Origin: Candidatus Poribacteria bacterium
Lineage (GTDB): Bacteria; Poribacteria; WGA-4E; UBA9662
Assembly: GCA_046582655.1 (NCBI GenBank)
Contig: JAYGDX010000421.1
Location: 1-18,047 of the forward strand
Length of the DNA stretch: 18,047 nt
Direction of reading: 5' to 3'
Part shown: piece by piece, positions 9,479 through 16,728 of the stretch
Position numbering within the stretch: position 1 is the stretch's first letter
Layout of the letters: every line of letters starts with the position of its first letter
Made by a program: the position numbers and the translations under genes
Notes under the pieces: generated by a model
Databases searched by the model: none
What the model was told of the DNA's origin: nothing
Seen by the model: only the letters and a program-made list of their open reading frames with translations

Positions 9479-10502
9479 GATTCTGGGAGTGACCTGAGCT
9501 TACAGATATATAGGGCTCATAATCAAGATAAGTTTATAGTTAAAACAACAAACGCAGGTTGGGCTCAAAATCACACTACAGTTTCAGGAGCTATATCAGG
9601 AGCTAAAACCATCAATACGTGTTATCGAGAGTCGAACAATGATGGTGGCAGCATGTATTATTATCGGGATGGAACATTAAAAGTAAGCGATACTAATAAC
9701 GTAGGTCATGGAACACTAAATGTGGGAACGAGTATGAGTCTTAGCATTGGAGAACCATATGTTGGAATACACTCTGGATTAAAAGCAGGCATTGCTGAAA
9801 TTCTGGTTTTTAATCGAGAATTAACTGGATCAGAACGTGCTACAATTGAGTCTTATTTGAATACGAAATAGTTAGTAGATGGTACTGCGGGATATCAGCA
9901 AAATGATACTCAAGTTCTGAATGAGTTCACAGTCTCTTCCAACAGGACTCTATCATTGATCCACGCTGACGGCAATTCTCAGAGTCTGGATTATACTGCT
10001 GGTAGTTCAGAAACCCTCAATTTTTCAGATTTGGTATTCAAGTTGACCTAGATAGTACCTACAATTCAGGCAGTGGGCTGGATGGTACAGATGTAGAGAT
10101 TGCCGCCAGCCGTGATTTACGATAGGTGCTGATAACGACGCTAATCACCAGTTGCAACTGGTGATTAGCAGTGTCACAGCCACTGGCTTGAGAATCAATA
10201 ACAGCGAGGTGGTGGATATCGATCAAGCCAGAGCGGCTATCACTTCACTGGATCATGCCACTGATATGGTCAATCAGGAACGAAGCTACTTAGGTTCGAT
10301 GCAGAACCGCTTAGCTCTTACTACATCGAATCTAGCCAGCCAAACACAAAATATCGAAGCCTCACATTCCAACATCCAAGGCACCGACTTTGCTGCTGAT
10401 GCCGCCGAATTAGCGAAACACTAGATACTGACACAGTCAGCTACGGCTATGTTGGCTCAAGCCAGTGCTTTACCACAGAACATCCCATCGCTCTTGCGAT
10501 AA
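9479..10502 (+). pseudogene. fliC: Flagellin pseudogene (5'-truncated) with a LamG-like domain in the variable region
   Basis: Frame open from 9479 gives a LamG-like end (GIAEILVFNRELTGSERATIESYLNTK), TAG 9869, single-base losses near 10031 and 10120, then IGADNDANHQL...ARAAITSLDHATDMVNQERSYLGSMQNRL...NIEASHSNIQGTDFA...KH*(TAG 10422)ILTQSATAMLAQASALPQNIPSLLR*, the canonical flagellin C-terminal D1/D0. Confidence 0.88.
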
Positions 10503-10556
10503 AGCCTTCCACTAAAAATCTGACTTACACGATGAGCCTTCACTTTGGGTGCTATG

Positions 10557-10614
10557 CACCCGATTGGCACAGCGAACCCACTGCTTTACCCCGATACGGT
10601 AATTGTGATACAAT
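10557..10614 (+). repeat. Copy C (3' end only) of ~230-bp module
   Basis: ACCCGATTGGCACAGCGAACCCACTGCTTTACCCCGATACGGTAATTGTGATACAAT aligns with the 3' ends of copies A, D and E. Confidence 0.8.
10585..10614 (+). promoter_or_regulatory. sigma70-type promoter in module copy C, upstream of the HEAT gene
   Basis: TTTACC (10585-10590), 18 nt, TGa-TACAAT (10609-10614); 80 bp upstream of ATG 10694. Confidence 0.7.
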
Positions 10615-10693
10615 GCCTCAATGTAAATGCTGGTACTATCGACTCCTGATCTCGATCGATGGTTGCTGAGAAATAATCTTGAGGAGGACATAT

Positions 10694-11245
10694 ATGCCAA
10701 GAAAACCTGTTAAAAATGGATTTCAGAGACGGAATTTCCGACGAGGTGAACGTCGTCTGCGGGGTGATGAAGTCAAGCACTATCTGGCACTGGCTGATTC
10801 TGAGGACCCTCAAGATCGGATCAAAGCCATGGAAAACCTATGTCCCTGCCACGTCCGTAAACGAATTGATGTTGTATGGGAAGCTCTCTACCATGGACTT
10901 CAGGATAGCGAATTGAAAGTCCGTCAAGCCGCTTGGCACACACTGGACGATGGTGGTCGCCCCAACGATCCCAAGCTATATCCGATCATGGTTGAGATCG
11001 CCAACACCGAAACCGATCCCAAGCTGAAACAACAAGCAACCGAATTGGTGCAAGCAGTCCAAACAGTGGAGTACAAGAAACAGGACCTCTCCGGTCAACG
11101 CCACCATTACTTTACAGGCAAATGTGATTGGTGTGGCGATTCGACTGCAAAAGTGTGCCAACTCTACGACAACGAACTTGAAATTGGAGGCACGGTTCGT
11201 TTGGCTCAGGCCTGTGACGACTGCCGAAGCGAATACGGACTTTAA
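10694..11245 (+). CDS. HEAT-repeat protein with CPCH motif and C-terminal four-Cys (putative zinc) module
   Basis: GAGGAGG RBS then ATG 10694; HEAT-like LQDSELKVRQAAWHTL and TDPKLKQQA; LCPCHV; CDWC...CDDC. Confidence 0.8.
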   Translation: MPRKPVKNGFQRRNFRRGERRLRGDEVKHYLALADSEDPQDRIKAMENLCPCHVRKRIDVVWEALYHGLQDSELKVRQAAWHTLDDGGRPNDPKLYPIMVEIANTETDPKLKQQATELVQAVQTVEYKKQDLSGQRHHYFTGKCDWCGDSTAKVCQLYDNELEIGGTVRLAQACDDCRSEYGL

Positions 11246-11246
11246 T

Positions 11247-11445
11247 GACATTGCAAAGCGTCGGATGATTTTCAAACGGAAAGAACCAATGCCAAGACGG
11301 CGTAATATCGCATTACATCCCTCATCCAGAAGGGCATAGCCTGAGATAGACGGGCGGTTACTAGACGAATTGGTTGTCGTCATTGTATGCCTGCATAATT
11401 CATCAACCCCGATTACTGACGACGAACCCACCTATTTACCCCGCG
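11247..11445 (+). repeat. Copy D (near full length, degenerate promoter) of ~230-bp module
   Basis: CAAAGCGTCGGATGATTTTC...AAGACGGCGTAA...TAGCCTGAGATAGA...CCCACCTATTTACCCC; begins within a few bp of the HEAT gene stop. Confidence 0.88.
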
Positions 11446-11511
11446 GGTGGTTTGCTCCTCGTACTGATATGGTACAAATATGTCCATATTTGGAACTACG
11501 TTTCACCATCA

Positions 11512-11937
11512 CTAAGGGTTTCGTGGCTTTAAATCTGCTCTTTCGTCACCGCAGAATCTCAGAATATTACCATCGGGATCGGTAACTAGCATCACCGTCC
11601 ACCCCCAAGACCTCATTTTGGGTGGCTCAAGGATATTGGCACCCATTGCTTGAAACTCTTCGTATAAAGCAGACAGCATATTGGTTGGATCCAACTCAAG
11701 GTAAAGCTGCATACCAAAATCATAGGAATCATTTTTTTCTTCCACAAACACTTCAATTCCGTCACGGTGTAATCCAGCCATAGTCATCTTGCCAGTTTCA
11801 TCCACATATTCCCATTCTTTAGTAAAACCTAATTTTTGGCAATAGTAGGCAATACTGGTTAGAATGTCCTGAACATTGATGCACGGTACTGATCGGAAGC
11901 TGATGTCTGTGGGGCGAGTTCCTCGTTTCTTGGGCAC
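11512..11937 (-). CDS. VOC/glyoxalase (bleomycin-resistance-like) family protein
   Basis: P-x-I-x-V-x-D...AYY...LGF, EPP...WG...V-x-DPDGN-x-L-x-F; AAGGAG RBS before the GTG start. Confidence 0.88.
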   Translation of the reverse strand: MPKKRGTRPTDISFRSVPCINVQDILTSIAYYCQKLGFTKEWEYVDETGKMTMAGLHRDGIEVFVEEKNDSYDFGMQLYLELDPTNMLSALYEEFQAMGANILEPPKMRSWGWTVMLVTDPDGNILRFCGDERADLKPRNP

Positions 11938-12297
11938 CTGATCTCTCCTTGAAAAGCATTCTACTTAAGGGCTTATTTCACTATATCACAAGCTAAGTGA
12001 ATCCTGTACTCATACCTTTCCCTAGCATTCCTCGTACTATATCCATCCCACTTATAACTGGCCATACCTTTACCCAGCTTGGTATCATTGAATACATAAC
12101 TTCCCGTTGCAAAGGCCTAAACGGAAAGAAGGACAAGGTTTTTTTGCCAAGTTATCCTATAAAGTATCAAAAAAATGTCGTCGATAAAGTAGGAGGGTTT
12201 GACTGACATCCATGAAGTTTCTCCACTGTGATAATACAAGCCTGTGTGATGGTCGTCCAACCGAATAGTTATGGTGTTGTGAATATTAAAGATAGAG

Positions 12298-12326
12298 TTT
12301 ACCCGTGGGTATGAGTCTGCTATTTT
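12298..12326 (+). promoter_or_regulatory. Putative sigma70-type promoter for the ankyrin gene at 12350
   Basis: TTTACC (12298-12303), 17 nt, TGc-TATTTT (12321-12326); same -35 hexamer as the module promoter. Confidence 0.4.
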
Positions 12327-12349
12327 AATTCAAATGCGGAAGAGAAAAT

Positions 12350-13331
12350 ATGGAAAACTTTCTGAGAGCGATCGCCTCGATTAAAGAAAGCGACCTTGAA
12401 AGCTTGGCTGAGATTTTAAATGTGTTCCCGGAGATTTTGCAGAAAACAGATTCAAAGGAAAGGTCGCTGCTCAATTTGGCTTGCCTCATTGTCACTCAGG
12501 ACGGTGCCATTCCGCCCAAAAGAGGTACCGTGGAACAACTGTCCGCTGTCGGGCTTATTATTGATGCGGGGGCTGACCCTTCGCAATCCGATCATATCGG
12601 CAGGTCCCCTTTACATGTAGCTGCAATTTCAAATCACTTTGATCTGGCCAAGATGCTATTGGAGGCAGGTGCCTTGATTGATGGTAAGCTGATGGGCGCC
12701 AAGGGCGGGTCTCCTTTGGCTCTGGCGTTATTCTACGCCAAATCTGAAATGGCGGAATTCTTGGCCAATCCGCCTGTTCCTTATAACCTTCGTACTGCAT
12801 CGGCACTGGGACACAATATAGGCACCTTCTTTTCAGAACAAGAACTGATAGCTCAAGCATCTGAACAAGTCGATTTTTATCGTCCGATTCCCCAAATGGG
12901 AGAGAACTAACTCACACCAGGAACTGTTGGACGAGGCACTATCATGGTCGGCCAGAAACAACCAAGTGAAAGCTATGTCCCAATTAGTCAACTTTGGAGC
13001 CAATGTTAACAGCAATCCCTACTGTGGCACCCCCTTATTGTGGGCCATCTATAGTGACAGCATCTCCGCAGCCCGTTGGCTGTTAGACCACAGGGCAGAC
13101 CCAGATCTCAAACACGATTTCGGTGGTTCAGGACATGGAGGGGGAGCAGTTGCCATGCATTTGGCTGCCCAATACAGGGCCATAAATTGCCTTCGCTTGT
13201 TGTTGGCGCGAGGAGCAGACCCACAAGTGACGGATGATCTTCACAATTCGACGCCCATGGGTTGGGCACGATTTGGAGAGAATCAGGATAGCATTAATGT
13301 TTTGCAAGAGTTTGGAGTTAAAGAGATGTAG
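12350..13331 (+). pseudogene. Ankyrin-repeat gene split by a frameshift near 12890
   Basis: ORF 12350-12910 (GRSPLHVAA, GGSPLALA, ...FYRPIP) continues in another frame as PKWERTNSHQELLDEALSWSARN...GTPLLWA...AMHLAA...STPMGWA to TAG 13331. Confidence 0.8.
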
Positions 13332-13436
13332 CAAAACTTGGTGAATGCGGGGTGTTAATGAAAGCGATTGGAGCTAAAATGGACCTTAACCGCCAGAGTA
13401 AGTGGTTATTAATGCCAATTAGAGGATGAAAACAAG

Positions 13437-13502
13437 TTAAAACAATGGGATAAAACGGTTAAATCAAGGCTGCAGGAACCGCCGATAATAGCACAGTTAG
13501 GC
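13437..13502 (+). other. Degenerate integron attC-like site
   Basis: AAC 13441, 5-nt spacer, GATAAAAC-GGTT...AACC-GCCGATA, then GTTAGGC (R' GTTRRRY, 13496-13502); CGGTT/AACCG stem preserved; 66 bp. Confidence 0.4.
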
Positions 13503-13506
13503 GACT

Positions 13507-13848
13507 ATGAAAAATCAAGATGTTTAGCTTGTTTTCGATGATTCCACTGACTTGTGTAATCTAGCATCTTCTCACCATGCGTGGGTAAGTAATTCTAAAT
13601 TGAATACTCCTCAAATAGAATCTTTCTGGAAACTAAATAAAGGTTATTCCCAAGGGCATGGAATAACATCTTTCGATAAATGCGAACATATTGAAGAGGA
13701 CATTTAGTGAATTGTTGCTTTCAGTAAGCGAACATCACTCTGGTAATGGCATTGAATATTTGAAATAAAACAATTAGAGTCTCTCCTTGGGTCAAAGTTG
13801 GATATTTCTGTCAATGGAGCCTTTTTCAAATTACAATCTGTCACCTAA
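13507..13848 (+). pseudogene. Decayed integron gene-cassette ORF (hypothetical protein)
   Basis: ATG 4 nt after GTTAGGC. The terminal TAA (13846-13848) is in frame with that ATG and lies inside ACCTAAC (R''). Internal TAG at 13525 and further lesions around 13705-13755; AT-rich. Confidence 0.6.
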
Positions 13849-13864
13849 CAAATCTCTGCACTGG
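13843..13864 (+). other. Left half of an integron attC site, truncated by module copy E
   Basis: ACCTAAC (RYYYAAC) + AAATC + TCTGCACTGG (L''-like); R'' is complementary to upstream GTTAGGC at 6/7 positions; right half absent. Confidence 0.6.
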
Positions 13865-13867
13865 GGC

Positions 13868-14093
13868 CGCCACGGCGGTACATACAAAGCGTCGGATAAT
13901 TTTCCAACGCAAAGAACAGATGTCAAGACAGCGTAGCGTAGCACTACACTCCACCATGCAACAGGACATAGCCTGAGATAGACGGGGTGGTCTCTAACCA
14001 ACTTGTCTCTTGTTATTTGCGCACACGATTTGTTTAACCCAATTGATGTCAGTGGACCCACCGCTTTACCCGATGCGGCAATCGTGATATGAT
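13868..14093 (+). repeat. Copy E (full length) of ~230-bp module
   Basis: CGCCACGGCGGTACATACAAAGCGTCGGATAATTTTCC...ACAGCGTAG...TAGCCTGAGATAGA...CCCACCGCTTTACCC...TGATATGAT. Confidence 0.92.
14065..14093 (+). promoter_or_regulatory. sigma70-type promoter at 3' end of module copy E
   Basis: TTTACC (14065-14070), 17 nt, TGa-TATGAT (14088-14093); faces the serpin gene. Confidence 0.65.
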
Positions 14094-14386
14094 GCATTGC
14101 CTGAATTATGAAGTATTGGATGCAAAAGTCCCTATGTAGAATCTCGGCGATGAGTAACAACGGTCGTGGGTTGACAGCATCTACTGGGGAGATCTGCGGT
14201 GATGGTTATGGTATCAATTTCAATGTTAGCTAGGAATAGCCGTCAATTTAAAGGGAACCAGATTTCAAGTTCTACCTAAAACAACGAATAATAGAGCGTA
14301 CCTTTTCTTGATTGGGTTGGTATCAACGCTTAAATCTGGATCATGAATGTCAATCTCTTTCAAACGGGTTCTAGAAGATAAATAAG

Positions 14387-15643
14387 ATGAAAAAACATAT
14401 TTCGCATGTGGTGATTATCGGGTGGATATGTTCGGTTGTTTTGGGACTTCACGGATGTTCAAATGCCGATGAGCTTTTGGGTATAACTGAAGTTATTAAG
14501 GAAGCGGAACATTTAGCTGGAACTGATCTTGTTTTGGCTAACACGGAGTTTGCCTTTGACTTGTTAGCCAAAATCCATCAGCAACAGCCAAACGAAAACA
14601 TTTTTATTTCTCCATTCAGCATATCTCTCGCTTTAAGCATGACATTGAACGGTGCTGAAGGTAAAACCCAACTGGCAATGGCGAATACTTTGAAGTTAGA
14701 TCTGATCAGCTTAGATGAAGCTAACCAAACCTACGCTAAGTTACGCAAGAGCCTGCAAGTTCTAGATACCAAGGTTGAACTTAGTATTGCTAATTCACTA
14801 TGGTTGCGCCAAGGTGTTACATTCAAACCTGATTTTCTAGAACGAAACCAAAACTTTTTTGGGACCAAAGTCGCTGCGCTTGACTTTGATCAGCCACAAT
14901 CAGTTGGAATTATTAACCGCTGGGTAAGCCAAAACACCAATAAAAATATTCCCAAAATAATCGATAGTATTAGTCCTCAGATGGTGATGTTGATAATCAA
15001 CGCTATTCACTTCAAAGGCAGGTGGTCCAAAGAATTTGATAAATCCAAAACTAGAGAAAAAGACTTTCAGTTGCTAGGCGAAGGAACGAAACGTGTACCG
15101 ATGATGCATCAGTCTGGTAAATATCTATACTATAGTGGAAGTAACTTTCAAGTGATTAATCTACCTTATGGGAGTGGTCGAATTGGGATGTATATTTTTC
15201 TGCCCAATTCTGATACGTTCCTAGGAGACTTCCTGACAAACTTGAACGCTGATAATTGGAAAGGTTGGATATCGAAGCTACATAAGTTAGAGGGAGATGT
15301 TGCTCTCCCTCGTTTGAAATTCACGTATGAAGCCAGTCTCAATCGTGTACTGAAAGTGCTTGGAATGGAGGTCGCCTTTGCTCCCAATATTGCTAATTTT
15401 GGAGGGATGCGTCCGGTTCCTCCAAATCTGTTCATTACTGAAGTAAAGCATAAAAGCTTCGTTGAAGTTAACGAAGAAGGGGCTGAAGCTGCTGCCGCAA
15501 CTTCAGTTGAAATAGGGGTAACCTCTATTCCGCAGAAATTTAGTTTGATGGTTAATAGACCTTTTTTATTTGTGATTCAGGATAATTGGACACAAACACT
15601 GCTGTTTATGGGGGCTGTGTTTGAGCCAGTGATAGAAGGATAA
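14387..15643 (+). CDS. Serpin (serine protease inhibitor), probable lipoprotein
   Basis: NIFISPFSI, NAIHFKGRW, VPMM, LPYG, hinge EVNEEGAEAAAAT, VNRPFLFVI, LFMGAV; N-terminal signal with lipobox-like LHGC. Confidence 0.95.
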   Translation: MKKHISHVVIIGWICSVVLGLHGCSNADELLGITEVIKEAEHLAGTDLVLANTEFAFDLLAKIHQQQPNENIFISPFSISLALSMTLNGAEGKTQLAMANTLKLDLISLDEANQTYAKLRKSLQVLDTKVELSIANSLWLRQGVTFKPDFLERNQNFFGTKVAALDFDQPQSVGIINRWVSQNTNKNIPKIIDSISPQMVMLIINAIHFKGRWSKEFDKSKTREKDFQLLGEGTKRVPMMHQSGKYLYYSGSNFQVINLPYGSGRIGMYIFLPNSDTFLGDFLTNLNADNWKGWISKLHKLEGDVALPRLKFTYEASLNRVLKVLGMEVAFAPNIANFGGMRPVPPNLFITEVKHKSFVEVNEEGAEAAAATSVEIGVTSIPQKFSLMVNRPFLFVIQDNWTQTLLFMGAVFEPVIEG

Positions 15644-15710
15644 ATTCCGGTTGATCCGGTTCGGGGCCTTTATGACGCTGCACTGCGCAAGACATTGTTT
15701 CAAGTGAATC

Positions 15711-15739
15711 TTGACAATTTTAGCCGTAGTGATTAGCAT
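15711..15739 (+). promoter_or_regulatory. Putative sigma70 promoter for the 15785 gene
   Basis: TTGACA (15711-15716), 17 nt, TAGCAT (15734-15739). Confidence 0.55.
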
Positions 15740-15784
15740 CATTGTTATATTTTTATCGAGTTGGAAATCAGTCAGGAGGAAATA

Positions 15785-16513
15785 GTGAGAAGGCACACTT
15801 TAATAATTAGTTTAGCTGTTTTGGTTCTTAATTTCCAAGCTTTTGGTGCAGCTTGGTATATCGAAAATTTCAACAAATTTAAGAATGGTGACATTGTAGG
15901 CCAGGATGACTGGGAAATTGCTATGAACCAAAAAACTAGCCAAATCCAGAGCAAAGTCAAGCATGGTGATGTGGGAAAAAGTGTTTTAGTTTCAGAAAAA
16001 ACAATGGTGTTGAGAAAATTCAAAGGTTCCAATGCCAGCATTCAGTATGTTTCGTTGTTTGCGAGGAAAGATGAAGGTCCAGGACCTTTAATGATTTATA
16101 TTGGTGGGGATGCCGTAAAGTGGGGTGCTGCAGCCAAAATTGATATTAAGGCGGGCGGCATCATCACTGCCAACAAAGGAAATGGGGCTTTCCCAGAAGT
16201 GCTCAAGGGAAAGTTAGGCCAATGGCATCATTTCCGACTGGTTTTTGATTTTAAAAAGAAAAGCTATGACTTCTACGTTGATGGGAAAAAAGTTGTCAAT
16301 GGCTTTGGATTCCGAGGTGAAGGAGGTAAAGGTGGTGTCAACCCAGCTCTAGGCTGGATTTTTTTTGGATGGGACCATCCAGAAGTGTTAACGGCATATA
16401 TTGATGATATTGAGATGGGAGATGGTGAAGGCGAAAATGCAGGTTTGCCAAAAGCTGTCGATCATTCGGATAAACTTGTCTCCTACTGGGCGAGTATCAA
16501 AGCCTGGGAGTAA
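15785..16513 (+). CDS. Secreted concanavalin A/LamG-like beta-sandwich protein
   Basis: AGGAGG RBS then GTG 15785; signal peptide (..FQAFGA); GQWHHFRLVFD...YDFYVDGK, YIDDI; C-terminal KAVDHSDKLVSYWASIK tail. Confidence 0.8.
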   Translation: MRRHTLIISLAVLVLNFQAFGAAWYIENFNKFKNGDIVGQDDWEIAMNQKTSQIQSKVKHGDVGKSVLVSEKTMVLRKFKGSNASIQYVSLFARKDEGPGPLMIYIGGDAVKWGAAAKIDIKAGGIITANKGNGAFPEVLKGKLGQWHHFRLVFDFKKKSYDFYVDGKKVVNGFGFRGEGGKGGVNPALGWIFFGWDHPEVLTAYIDDIEMGDGEGENAGLPKAVDHSDKLVSYWASIKAWE

Positions 16514-16599
16514 CTTTACTTTCCTCTCTGAAATCTTTACCATAGTTTAGTCAATTCGTTGATAGCAACATTGGCTCTGAGTGTGGACTAATTTGCCCA

Positions 16600-16677
16600 A
16601 TTTTGACCCTTTCAGATACGCCTATCTTGGCCCAAGCCAGTGCTTTGCCACAGAACATCCTGTCGCTCTTGAGATAA
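16600..16677 (+). pseudogene. Isolated flagellin 3'-terminal fragment
   Basis: ILTLSDTPILAQASALPQNILSLLR*, paralogous to 10425-10502; the downstream UTR (ATCTGACTTACA..TGAG.CTT.ACTTT) is also shared. Confidence 0.8.
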
Positions 16678-16728
16678 ACACTTGAGGATCTGACTTACAA
16701 GGTGAGTCTTTACTTTTAGAGCCCTATA

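Noticed and set aside
9869..10424. Amber (TAG) recoding suggested by in-frame TAGs in the flagellin and cassette ORFs
   Set aside because: The same relics also carry frameshifts, and intact genes here (ending 6041, 7983, 8248, 11512) use TAG as a normal stop.
11960..12240. ORF 11997-12206 and open minus-strand frames in this spacer
   Set aside because: No RBS or recognisable domain; possibly another gene scrap but cannot be assigned from sequence alone.
13831..14160. ORFs overlapping the module (13831-14160 -, 7878-8087 -, 16612-16806 -, 5' part of 1957-2175 +)
   Set aside because: Copies differ by 1-nt indels and stops, so no frame is conserved; shared peptides such as KLSDALYV just reflect the DNA repeat.
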